From assembly GCA_040285855.1 (NCBI GenBank), contig JAUFOQ010000010.1, positions 1,612,001-1,676,000 on the forward strand: DNA of 64,000 bases, given 5' to 3'. The DNA is from Eukaryota sp. GEM-RC1 (taxonomy: Eukaryota). How positions within the stretch are numbered: position 1 is the first letter of the stretch; every line of letters begins with the position of its first letter. Below, piece after piece: positions 24,501-36,372 of the stretch. The position numbers were made by a program, and so were the translations under genes. The notes under the pieces were generated by a model. The model did no database searches, had not been told where the DNA came from, and saw only the letters and a program-made list of their open reading frames with translations.

Positions 24501-25314
24501 TTTTTCGGTAATCACGGTTATTTTTTTCTTTCTTTTGATGATCTCCATGTCACCAGCCCAGAAGTAATGTATAAATATCAGTTGAAAGGGTTATATAACC
24601 AGAGAATCGCTGTCAATTCCACTTCAAAGGCTTTCAAACATTAGATTTTCGACAAAAAGACTACGTTTTCTGTCAGCTAACATCGATAGCGACATGTACA
24701 AGGAACATGTTCCCGTTCAGTCGAAACAAAAGCTAAGAACAATTTCTTTTGCTGATTTGACAGTAGAAAACTCTGACTGGGAAGCCTACAATCAACAAGA
24801 ATGGTCTGATTTGTATTCAAAAATTGACAAGATTTTCGGCTGTTGGTATACCATCTGTTCTGGAAATCTCGATTTCTATCTGGTAAATCGATCAGCAATT
24901 GTTCAGTTAAAAAAGAACATCAATGATTTGATAGACTGTGAGCTTGTTAGCCAACAAGACACTGTTATGACATCCTCTTAAAAGATCCACCGTAGATCTT
25001 GAAGTTCCCATGGTTTCACAACTGATGTTTAACAAAAATTTAAAAGAACAAAAAGAAGTAATATTGAAGACTGTTTTCAAGGGATCTGTTTTCTTAATTA
25101 TTTCCGTGATTTGAGCAATCATCCAGAATTATTGTTGATCTCGAAGTACCACATGTACTTTCCAATCGTAGTGTTTCTAATGAAGAAATGGTTAAATTAC
25201 AAATTCTTGACGTTCAAAGTGACCATATTTCTGAACATATAAATAGCCACTGACATTGTGTCCATGAGAAGGGTTTTAAAATGCAATAACGTGACGTATT
25301 CAGCACATTTGAAA

Positions 25315-27128
25315 TCCAATGTAATGGTGAAAATTAGCTTTCAACATAAAATAGAATTACATTCAATGAAAAGTTCTCTCGAAATTTAGTCCCAAAAAAT
25401 GATACAAAGACAAAGTGGAGAATCAATCTAACTTCGAATTACTACCAAAAGAACTACTACCAGAAGAACTACTACCAAAAGAACTACTACCAAAAGAACT
25501 ACTACCAGAAGAACTACTACCAAAAGAACTACTACCAAAAGAACTACTACCAGAAGAGGCTGTAAGTGAAGAAAGAATGAAAGAGACATAGTGAAGTATA
25601 AATCTGTGGTAACGGTGTAGTTTGTATAAGATCTTGAGTTGTACGAGTACTTTGAGTGCAACAAAGTCGGATCAGTGTTGCCAGGTGTTGGAAAAGACAC
25701 ACCAGAGGAACATTTCATCAGAGCTGTGAAAGAACGACAGTAACTAGGAACATAATGTTGTTTGAGGGATAAAGCATTTCAATCGAGTAGACAAAAATCA
25801 CATGTACAGGCTCAAATTGATAGTACATAGCGTCAATAGAGAAACATAAGTCAAAATGATCTTGAATTACCAGAAATAACTGCCAAGTAGTTGTAGAAGA
25901 AGAAGACGAAGACACGAGGACGTATGAGGATACGTAGAACCTCAAAACAGAAGGACTTGATGAGTGCGAGATTCACTTCAAGACTACGGTTCTCTCTTCT
26001 AGAACTTCCAACTACATACTAATGTCAACAGTCCCCCCTTCTAAACGCTCTCTGGTTCTAGATGATTATGTTCTTCCAATAACTTATGGCTTCACTTAAT
26101 TACCACATACACGTACTCTTTCTGCCGATGGAGCTTGTGTTGTTTCCAATCCTGATTCTCGTCGTTCTTTACTTACGTATGATCATTACATTGCCCTCCC
26201 CCTTTCCCTCAAGGAGATGTAAATCACGTCATCCTTCTCCTCCAACTAGGTCCTTGAAATAGAAGATGATGAATGACTTTATACACCGTGCTGTTCAAAA
26301 CAGAAGCCAGTTCGATCCCTCTTCCTCAAACGCTGAAGCTAAACCACACCTCAATTCTCCTACACAATCTCTCAGAAACACTTAGGAATACTAACACCCC
26401 CAAAAGATCAGAAGTTTTCTGAATCCTACCACCCTTTCATCTCTCTAGTTCTTCACTCCAACTATCTACTTCTTCTCTCTTCCAGTACTAGATCTCCTCT
26501 ACTTCTTAGTACTTACTATTGGCTTCTATTCACTAGTGGTGAAACTAGTTAACCCTCAGTAAGTACCCCAAGTGACACGTCATCAATCTTTGCCAGTACT
26601 GTCAGTAGTAATACTATTACTTTCTCTTTGGTTAAAAGATGACGTGGTTTATGACCTTTTGCAATCTACACGTGTTAACGAATCTTCTCTATTACTTTGG
26701 TTGTTTTCAGTGATAGTAATAACCCCATCATCACGTCATCATTGAATCAGTAGATAACGTTTTCAGACTTAAGTGAAGATCTGGAATTACAAGGGCATCA
26801 ACACGTGTGTTTCAATAGAAGATGACGTGATTTTTTCTTCTTTGAGTAGTTGAGAATTAAGACTGGTGAAACAAGTTGAACTGATCTCTCTTTTTTTTGA
26901 AAAAAGTTAACAATTTTCAACTTGTTGTTCTTTCAATCATTTTAATTTCAGCGCTTTTTTCTTTTTTTATTATTTTATTATTGATTATAATTGTGTAGTT
27001 CTATTCAGTGGATGAAGGAATTTTCACTACTCAGAATTTCATATTCAAAAGCTTTGTGTATTTTTTTAATTTGTGGTCAACTAATTGTAGCTATCATTGG
27101 TCACAGAAAATTAGATTAATCAAGATAG
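25315..27128 (+). repeat. Repeat family R, copy 3 (longest)
   Basis: Inverted similarity to 4175-6010 over its whole length; direct similarity to 8365-9738. Confidence 0.85.
25441..25557 (+). repeat. 15-bp minisatellite ACTACCA(A/G)AAGAACT, ~7.8 units
   Basis: Directly visible; ~5.8 units in the duplicate at 51893-51979. Confidence 0.95.
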
Positions 27129-27379
27129 TTATCTCACAAAGTATTGTTTAAAAGAGTTCTTCAGAATATCTTGTATATACCCAATCACAAGACACGAATT
27201 GTGATTGTCACGGTAAAAATATTCATATTTTTGTAGAGATTTATTTTGACCATTCATTTTTATATTCTTGGTTGTTATATTTTTGGCGGTTTGTTTTGTT
27301 TGATGGATTCTTTCTTTGAATAAGTTTGTTTCTTCTAACAACTTTTTGAGTTCCTGTTCCTGTTCAATCTTAATCAGCT

Positions 27380-27830
27380 TTGAGTTCTTAGCTCTTTTAG
27401 AAGCAAAATCTTTAACAACAACAGGGTGAATGACATTACTGAGAGGATAAAGTTGACTAGATTTAACAATTCCAGACATGATACCAGACATGATTACTAT
27501 CCGTCTCATTTCTACCTTTGATTGTAGAAGAAGTATTCTTGTCCTAGATGGATGCAAGATTCGTATTTCCCCACATTTTATTGATTGGATTAGAAAAACG
27601 GGGGCGCTGTAGTGGATACTCCCACCATGTTCCCCTGAATTTAATCCGATCGAACAGTTTTTCGTCAATTCCGCTGCCGTGTTAGAGATTTCTCGCATTT
27701 ACATCCAAACGTACCAACCTTTCAAAAGTTGCAAATTATTCTTACTCAAATGACTTACAACTGTTCAGCTATGTTTGAACATTCTGGTTGGTTTCAAGGC
27801 AAATATTACACATCAGGAAACCGATTGTTA
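27380..27830 (+). mobile_element. IS630/Tc1-mariner DDE transposase remnant
   Basis: Plus-strand ILVLDGCKI and WILPPCSPEFNPIEQFF. The C-terminal MFEHSGWFQGKYY resembles LFRQVGYDDGQCY at ~24450. Confidence 0.75.
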
Positions 27831-27879
27831 AATTTTTTTCAATAGTTTTTATTAATTGTTATTGTTAAATAATCAATAC

Positions 27880-28850
27880 TACTTTTAAGAGTTTAAGTGA
27901 AGAGCATACGGATCATCCGCAGATTCAATCTCATCAAAATTTCTTGAAGGTCCTGGGCCCAAAAGTGCAACAGATGATGGACGTCTTCTTTTGACGTCAA
28001 TATAAGAGTGGACTTCTCGGAATAACTGCTCTCTAAGTGATTGCCTACGTTTCAATAAAGTTCTCTACAAGAAACACTTTGTCGATGCAATCAACTGGTC
28101 GACGACCGACTTCCCTTGCAGCGGCTAGACCATGAGAACAAGGAAAACCATCTTTTGCCAACCGTTGCAGGTACATGCTCAGTTGACATCAACAAGATTC
28201 CGGTTATTAGTTCTCTACTTGTGAGTCTTTGGTACATCTTTCTGGGCCTTGCTTGGACAAGTTGTTTTTATGTCCTGGATGTCTACACATACATATAGTA
28301 CATGTATGATTACTTTTAGGAGGCGCAGGTTTTTGAGGACACTTTGGCGTTGTATGGCCTTCCATTTGACAATAAAGACACTTACTCACACTTTTTTTCT
28401 TCTTAGCAATCTGATATGTTATTCTCGCCATCCTCGACAATTGTTGTTTGAGATTTTGGTCTCTCTAGGACAGCAGGTCTACACTGACCTTGGATAATTC
28501 CATGCATAGTACTATAAATATTGATTGCTAAAAGTCTCTACTCCAAAAGAGTGCACATTCAACACACTGGACTAAGCCCTATTGTGAGACCTTTTTGTTG
28601 CAAAATCAGTATTTAAACAGATATTTTCCTTGTTTTTAGTGGCACCCCCAGAGCAACATCAATTGATCGACAAAGCAAATACACTTTAAATCCATTTTTT
28701 CGTTACATTTTACAAAGAGTATCACCTTTTACTGTAGTAGCCAGACCCCCTCTTTTTGAGAATAGAGTTTCACTCCAATTCTCAAAACCAACAACAAGTT
28801 CATTTGGAATGCCAAACTGGAGAGAAAATCTGTGAACCATGTTTTGTTCA
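27880..28850 (-). pseudogene. Decayed gene with a CCHC zinc knuckle, probably transposon-derived
   Basis: CLYCQMEGHTTPKCP followed by CTICMCRHPGH; family not identified. Confidence 0.35.
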
Positions 28851-29629
28851 CTTCTTTCTTTTTTGACTTATAGGGTCAAACGTCTACGTTTAAACCATAT
28901 GGTGAAAAATTTAATATGTAACAGTATTGTGATAAACTGAAATTATTAAATTCGGTTTCACACTCGAATTACTTGTTGTACCCTTTTGTATTTTCACTGT
29001 ACGGTTCTTTTGGTGATTCTGCAACATCATTACTTAAAATCTTTGTGAGGATTGTAAAAGAATCTATCTTTAAGGTATGGTGACTTCTGTATCTAGCGCC
29101 TCATTATCTCTTGGCAGATATTATTGAGACATTATGAGGATAAGGTAGGTGACAATTTCCAAATAGGTTTTCTGGACTTTGCGATATTGATTACAAGACG
29201 TATGTACACTGTAGTGTTGTTGTCAATAAATTTTGTTTGACGGAGAATTTGTTTTTACTTAGTATATTTTTATAAATGTAAAATATATTTTTTTTGAGAA
29301 ATTAAAGTTTATTATAAATGTTATAGATCAAACAACTAAAATGTGATGTCATTAAAACAACACCCGTCGCTATCAAACCTTACAACAGCTTTGTCATCAT
29401 GTAAAATATTGTGAACAAAAATAATAATCTATTTATTGACAGTTCACTTATTAGTTTGTCTTGTTAAAAATGAATTGAACAACCTACAGCGAATTAATGG
29501 TCATTTATTAGCATCCAAAAGGCTGATAAGTGTTAAAACCCAGTTCTTGGAAACGAATTTCGTTTGAGAGTGACATGTGAAGTAAAGCAAATTATGGCCA
29601 TAAAGTGGTTATTCTAGAACCAGGGAATC

Positions 29630-30550
29630 TAAATCTATTTTATGTCATCATTGTCGAAAACCAGTGGAGTCACAAATAACACTCTCAGAATGTGGATGTT
29701 ACTATCATCCAACCTGTGTGAAAGAACGTCCTAGTATATATGATTCAAATGCACACAAGAGTCAGTGTAATTTTTGATTTGTACTTCTACAAGTTGAAAA
29801 ACTTAAAACAGTCTTTCTATAATAAAGCAAGATAAAAATGATGTTAAATGGGTTGTATAAAGAGTGGCATACTTCTTCAAATGTCTATTTGCCACTCACT
29901 GAAAGATCTCCAAAGCAGCCCGCATCAGCATCAGTTGCTCCAATAATCTGCATCTGTGAATGATTTCCGTGTTGATCGCCCATCTTCCGAACAATTACAG
30001 ATAGAAAAAACCTCCACTAGCTCCGAAACTCAAGTCTGCTGTTTAACTCGTAAGACTCAGACAACTGATGACATATTGGAAGTTCAGTTTCCATTAATGA
30101 TCCAATAGCCTCGGAGCCGTCACAAAATTTTGGAGACATCCGAAAACAATACTGCCCGGAGACTCATGAGCTTTTCGACCAACTGATGCTGACTGATAAT
30201 CGTAAATATCAAAATTTAAAAGAATTAATGTCAGGTGATTTTGTTCCTGTTGAACTCAAACCATCATACATACCAGGTGCTGGTATAGGAGTGTTCTCGT
30301 CAAACGAACTTCCAGGGAACATTATTGTCATGGAATATCTCGGCGAAAAACTTACCAAAAAGCAGAGCAAAGTCCGAGAACAAGCTTGGTTAGTCAATAA
30401 TCCAGAGTCGAAGGTTTCATATATCTTCGAATATGGCTATACAATTATTGATTCAGCATCCATGGATCTTGGTTACACTGGTGTGGGTCGCGACACCAAT
30501 ACAAGTAAGTTCTGCAATCTACATGGTAAAAAAAGTGAATGTACGTTTTT
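29630..30550 (+). pseudogene. PHD/RING-like finger plus SET-domain methyltransferase remnant, copy A
   Basis: LCHHCRKP...ECGCYYHPTC at ~29640-29720; SYIPGAGIGVFS...MEYLGE...YIFEY...IDS...GRDTNTSKFCN (decayed RxxNHS). SET C-terminus missing. Confidence 0.7.
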
Positions 30551-31753
30551 TTATTCATCAGTTGATCTAATCCACTTCATCTGTCAATGTTTTCCATGTT
30601 GATGACGCACCTTGGGAACAATCACAAACAGAAAAACGATTACTTGTTCCCAAAAATCAAATTTGCTGTTGAACACATGAAACTCAGACAACCGATGACA
30701 GATTTGGAAACCGACTTCTCCATTCAAGATCCAATATCAATATGGTACATGCATAAAATTTTGTTTCTTCAAATCATCTTAAATGTGAGAATGAAATTCT
30801 GAGTAGATAAAATTACTTCCTCTACCGAATAGAATTACACTTTGAACAGAACGAAATCACAATGAAAAAAGCTACACAGTTCTCAATTTGAAGACGTTTG
30901 GGAAAATTTTCAATTTCATTTCTGCGTGTCAAGTGATGAAATTGTACCACTTTCAGTGCTCATCAATAGATGTTCTTTGTTCTTAAATTTGAGATGATTA
31001 TTAGAAAGCCATTGATCAACTGAGAACTCGTTATAGACTCACTGTGAATGAGCCCAATCAAAAAAATAGCAGATTTTTTTTACATAGTGTGTCCGAGCTG
31101 TTGTTACGCCCATGAGGTCACGTAGCACAACCAGAAGTTTATAGGAATGCAAACATATCTTTTCCTCTGATGCCCAACTTTCTTCCCTTTTGTAGTGGAA
31201 ATTCTAGGCCATTATACACCATCATGATGGTTTTTCTTGAAGGAGACAGAGCTGTTCTGTGATGCTCTTTCTTAAAAAATACAGTGCTCTTGTTGGGAAG
31301 AGATGCTTAGATCAGAACAGTTGATATATATGCATATATGCATATATGCATAAGTTCAGTCAGTCATGGTTTTTTACATAAAAAAATATTTCTGTATATT
31401 TGAATCAACTTATTTTAAGTCCTTTATTAACGTAGTGTAATCAATTGACTAGTACATACAAAGTCAAGGTTTGTGGTCTTCTGGTGAAGACCTTGAAAAC
31501 TATAATGAAGACGAGTTTAATGAGGCTAAGAACAAAAACCACATGATATATGCCAAGAAAGATACATGACAAGTTCTGTATCAAAACGTCGTGAAAAGTA
31601 ACTCGCTGAAGTGACTAGGAAAGAACAGAAAACTCATCAAGCTAGAGAAGCCAGGAGCTAGTATCGTTTGTATATGGGTACGAATTGTCAAGTGAATCCC
31701 TTAGTTCTAAAATAAAGTGATCTGAAAGAGACCTATCACTAGTTCGCGAAGCC

Positions 31754-32826
31754 ATGGGGGAAGTAGATGTAACTAGACTCAACCTAGTGACTAAGACGGT
31801 GTTAATGGGAGGACAAAAGATATTCGAGGCTCACTTACTGAGGGACCCTCCTCCCCCGCAAAACCACCTAATCCAACCCAAAAAACCCCGAGCCAAAACC
31901 GGCAGCAACAGAACAACCAGAACCTCCAAGAACAACTTCGTCGTCAACCACTCCGGAATACTCTTGAAGCACCGCTTCACCCAACTCTACTCCGATAACG
32001 ATGAATCAATCGAATTCGATCTTGATCTGTCCAAGTTTCTCTCTAACGCTTTCTTATGCACTCATTCTAGGTTAGTCGAATCTCCTCAGGTTCCCGATGT
32101 AACTGCTGCGACAACGACTGAACAGCTGATGAGTGTCCCGCAGGAATTAAGATCTTCCACGGAATCGAGCCCAATAACAGGATCGGATCACGACCCTTTT
32201 CTACTATTGATCGTCAGAGTAACTCTGACGATCATTATCAAGTGAATTCGCTAAACACTAACTTTAGAAAATCAAAATTCCTTGAATACCATCTCGAAGC
32301 TAATGGTGTTCCTCTCTGTAGTACAATTGATACTGCAGCAGAAACATCTTGCATTACTCTTGATCTTGACACTAAAACAAACATGAACACTACCAACAAA
32401 GAAATTCCCATCTATTTGGCTAATCATTCTGTAATTTTCTCTCCTGGTTTGGCCACTGGTCACCTCACTTTTGCCTTCGATGGACCTGCCAAGAACGTCC
32501 ACATTAAAGCATCAAAGCCTATATTACCTGTCAAAGACCAACTGCTTATTGGGTGTGATCTTCTATCCACCTTAGGTCTTATGAATGACTCTGGTGTATA
32601 CATAAGAACGGACGAAGAGCATCGTAAGTTTCTAGTTGCTGAAGCTTTGTTTGATTCTTTGATCATTCGTGTGCCTGAAGTTTTCGCAACCAACGTTCCT
32701 AACCCTGACACTACTCCTCTTTCGAGGTTCAAACAAATCCTGAAACAAAAACGAACACGTATAGAGTTACCCGAATCCGAAGCAAAAGAACTCTTCGCAA
32801 CACTTCACAACTTTGCTGATATGTAA
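31754..32826 (+). mobile_element. LTR retrotransposon gag-protease fragment, copy A
   Basis: IDTAAETSCI (retropepsin D-T-G/A motif), IYLAN and LLIGCDLL; truncated before RT. Confidence 0.7.
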
Positions 32827-34069
32827 CTCCAAGGAGGTCTTTTTTTTGTTGGATATCAACACCACTGTACACCAGGATTATAAGAACCAAAAAGAGAAGT
32901 ATGAAATGGTGGAATTATTCTCGGTTGTTCTATAAACTTTGTATGAGTTTATCACGTAGTCCACCTAGATTCAACTCGAAATCTCATGAAGCCAAAATGA
33001 TACCACCAATGAACAACTGAAGAAAATAGTTCTTGAAATCAAGAAGATGAGAAAGATTCTGAGAATCATATGGGGCAAAAAAAGGAAATTTTGTAAAATT
33101 CCTGATGATTTCACTGAAATGGATATTTCACAGAATATCACTTATTCATAAACTAATACATCATCTCTTTATGTCATTGATGACTTCCCCACCGTCTGAA
33201 GTCTCTGTGAGATCTGCAACACGCCGTCAAAATGACTTCTCCGCAGTTCCTATTTCCAGGACAGTAACAGTCTTCCCTGGGGATAATTGTACTAAGCACA
33301 CAAGAGGTGTTCTATTCTGTATTTCCTCTAGAAAAGAACCAGTACCTATCTTGTTTGACAAAAACCAATTACTCATTGGTTGCTTACGGTCTTTTGTCAT
33401 TACTTGTTGATTAAGAAATTCCTTTAACCGAAATATCTTAGGACAAAAGAAAAATCGGATCAATGAATTGATTTCAGGGAGTTAGCAAACAATATTTCCA
33501 AGTATGGGTTTAAAATTACTGTGAAGGGCTATTTCACCAAAGGAGTTCCAGACATAAAGTTATTATGATGTAAGATGGGTTCAATTTTCCTTTGTTATCT
33601 TGGGAGAGTGTAAAATGTCAGCCAAAAAAACAATGCTTGAATGATGTACGGAACAAGTAATGTGTTTAACTTTACTTTCTGGATGAAAAAGTAGTGACAT
33701 CAATTTCCTTAATTGAATTGAAGAACTTATTGTTTTCGAAATTAATCAAATGTTCATCACGGCCATGAATATACCTAAAGTGCCAAGTAATCAACTGAAT
33801 CTAACTAGACACTAGATAATAACGTGGCGGCTGGTCTCTTTTCTTGAAATTAGGAAAATTCGGAGTGGATGAAAATTCATCATACTCTAGATAGAACTAT
33901 GAAAAATTATTGAAAATTTTTTTAACACAGTATTCTTCTCAAACAAACATTTGAAGTAGATTGAATCAAAAGAGCTCAAACGTTTGACAAAAGAGAACAA
34001 GAGATCAAAAGGTCATCTGCTGTAACATATGGTGAGATTTTACTCATAAATCATTCCACTTTGTTTAAT

Positions 34070-34081
34070 GATGACGTCATC
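34070..34081. promoter_or_regulatory. Perfect CRE/ATF-type palindrome GATGACGTCATC upstream of the RRM-LRR gene
   Basis: 12-bp palindrome ~480 bp before the ATG; conserved at 60630-60641. Function inferred only. Confidence 0.3.
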
Positions 34082-34557
34082 AACCCTTCAAAGAGTAACA
34101 TCCGAGAAGATACTAGAGTATAATTAAGATTTGTAAATTTGAAGTGATACCGAAGTCTAAGTAGTTGCTGTGGAGTAAGAGTATAAAAAGAGAAAAAAGA
34201 GACAATCAGTGGATTCACAACTAAAAAAGAAATAGTAATCAAAAAACGACGTGATATTGAAATACATCAATAGAAACGATGAACAACAAAGAAAAGAAGA
34301 CATAGATTCCAGGGGACACTAGGAGAGACAGACGTGTTTGAAGTGAAGATGGGTCGAAATCACCACGTAAGCAAGAGAATATCATGGTATTGAAGAGTTC
34401 TTATGAGTGATGACGTATCTTACGTTATCTATGTAACAAGATGTGAAGGATAGATGAAAACGGGAGGAGTCATCATATGATGTTGAACTAGAAGGAAACA
34501 GAAGAAGGGAATCTCCATCTTTGATGCTTGTCAATTGTCCTGTTTTGATTTGCTTTG

Positions 34558-36372
34558 ATGAACACAAGAACTGATGAAACATCCTCCTTCCACGGTGAAC
34601 CTACTCGACTTTCTTGTAATCCACGAGCTTGCGAAGAACCACTGATTTCCACTCTACTCCCAAATCACGAAGAGTATGAACTTCCCTCTGAAGCCCCCTT
34701 CACTGCCAAAATCGTGAACGTTGCTTACAATGCAACAGAAGCTGACATTAGGCAAGCTTTCTCATCTCTTCCCGTTAAAGAAGTTCGATCTCCTAGTAAT
34801 ATACCGGGTACGTTCTTTGTCGAGTTTCTTGACGTTCAAGGACTCAAGCAATGTTTAGATAAGTATTGGATGTTTAAGATCCATGGCCGCCCTATCCGTA
34901 CCTATGTAGCCTCTACTCCTCGGTCTTCTGTTAAACCATTGAATACTAGTACCTTCTCTTCTAAACCTAATGCTGAACCTAAACCACTTGAACTTCTCCC
35001 TTTCACTGCATCATTCCAAACTCCTTTAAGATACCTACACTTTCAGCAGTCTTTGCTAATTCTCATCAATGTTCACTTGTTGAGAAGTCTTTGTGAGTCT
35101 TCCCTTGAATGGGATCGTGAGGAACCTCGTGATGGATTCCTTTGTTTAAAGAACGAACTTCATTCATTCTTCAAGAAAGTTGGCTATGTAAGCCATCATT
35201 TCTTTGAATCAGCTTTTCTAGCAACCAAGGTGTATCTCCAAACAAACACGTTCCATGTAGAACCTGAAGACCTTCCCCAACTCTGTTCATTTGCTTCTTT
35301 CTTTGGAGCAGAGATACAATCTGTTTTCTTACACGTAGACGGGAGCTTTAATGTAGAAGAATTTCTCAATTATTCTAATGTAATTTCAGGATTGGAATTG
35401 ACATTGGAGAATCACAATGACTTGGAGTTTCTTAACAAGTCTTTGTTCATTTTTCCACGTCTTAAGGAGCTTCATGTGTGTGCAGATTTTTCTATTTCTA
35501 TGCCGTTGATCGAATTGTTAAAAGTTAATACTGCAGTTACAAATGTTGATCTTGATTATCACTTTATTGGAGCTGAAGGTGGTATTACATTGTCCGATGT
35601 AATTAAAGTCAATAATTCAATCCACTGTATTAATCTCAATTCCAACTCCATTGGATCTGAAGGTGCTAGTGCTTTGGCAGAAGCGTTGAAAGTCAATACT
35701 ACTTTGACAAGAATTGATTTGTGTGCAAACTCCATTGGTCCTGAAGGTGCTAGTGCTTTGGCAGAAGCGTTGAAAGTCAATACTACTTTGACAAGAATTG
35801 ATTTGTGTGCAAACTCCATTGGTCCTGAAGGTGCTAGTGCTTTGGCAGAAGCGTTGAAAGTTAATTGTACAATTACAAGTATTAATCTTGATGAAAACTT
35901 TGTTGAAGTTCAAGGTGCGAGAGCTTTAGCAGAAGCTTTGAAAGTTAATTCTACCGTCACGAGTATTGTTCTGAGTAGAAACTCTATTGGACCTCAAGGT
36001 GCTATAGTATTGGCAGATGCGTTGAAAGTTAATCATGCAGTTACAAGTATTGATCTAACATGGAACTATATTGAAGATGAAGGTGTTATTGCTTTGGCAG
36101 AGGCCTTGAAAGTTAATACTAGACTTACCAGTATTGATCTTTGTCTCAACTCTATTGGAAGTGAAGGTGTTAGAGCTTTGGTAGATGCGTTGATAATTAA
36201 TTCTACAGTGAACTGCATTAGCATGGGAGGCAACTCTATTGAAGATGAGGATGCCAATGCTTTGGGAGAGGCGTTAAGAGTTAATAACTCAGTTACAAGT
36301 TTTAATCTTAAGAACAACTCTTTTAAAGATGAAGAATTTAGAATTTTGGAAAATGTACTAAAAAGGAAATAG
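34558..36372 (+). CDS. RRM (eIF4B-like) plus RNI-like LRR protein, copy A (10 LRR units)
   Basis: Intact ~604-aa ORF: LPSEAPFTAKIVNVAYNATEADIRQAF...GTFFVEF...IHGRPIR (RRM) and 28-aa repeats IGPEGASALAEALKVNTTLTRIDL. Confidence 0.9.
   Translation: MNTRTDETSSFHGEPTRLSCNPRACEEPLISTLLPNHEEYELPSEAPFTAKIVNVAYNATEADIRQAFSSLPVKEVRSPSNIPGTFFVEFLDVQGLKQCLDKYWMFKIHGRPIRTYVASTPRSSVKPLNTSTFSSKPNAEPKPLELLPFTASFQTPLRYLHFQQSLLILINVHLLRSLCESSLEWDREEPRDGFLCLKNELHSFFKKVGYVSHHFFESAFLATKVYLQTNTFHVEPEDLPQLCSFASFFGAEIQSVFLHVDGSFNVEEFLNYSNVISGLELTLENHNDLEFLNKSLFIFPRLKELHVCADFSISMPLIELLKVNTAVTNVDLDYHFIGAEGGITLSDVIKVNNSIHCINLNSNSIGSEGASALAEALKVNTTLTRIDLCANSIGPEGASALAEALKVNTTLTRIDLCANSIGPEGASALAEALKVNCTITSINLDENFVEVQGARALAEALKVNSTVTSIVLSRNSIGPQGAIVLADALKVNHAVTSIDLTWNYIEDEGVIALAEALKVNTRLTSIDLCLNSIGSEGVRALVDALIINSTVNCISMGGNSIEDEDANALGEALRVNNSVTSFNLKNNSFKDEEFRILENVLKRK

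Noticed and set aside
25428..25718. Hydrophobic (VVLLV)n ORF suggesting a membrane protein
   Set aside because: It is the antisense reading of the 15-bp minisatellite.
27129..27698. 189-aa minus-strand ORF (and its duplicate 53563-54132)
   Set aside because: Antisense shadow; the plus strand carries the Tc1/IS630 motifs.
30960..31300. Possible hAT dimerisation-domain remnant on the minus strand (INFW...L*RVLS)
   Set aside because: Too degenerate to support without a profile search.
35640..35900. Regular 84-bp repeats as a possible CRISPR-like array
   Set aside because: They are in-frame LRR coding units with no unique spacers.
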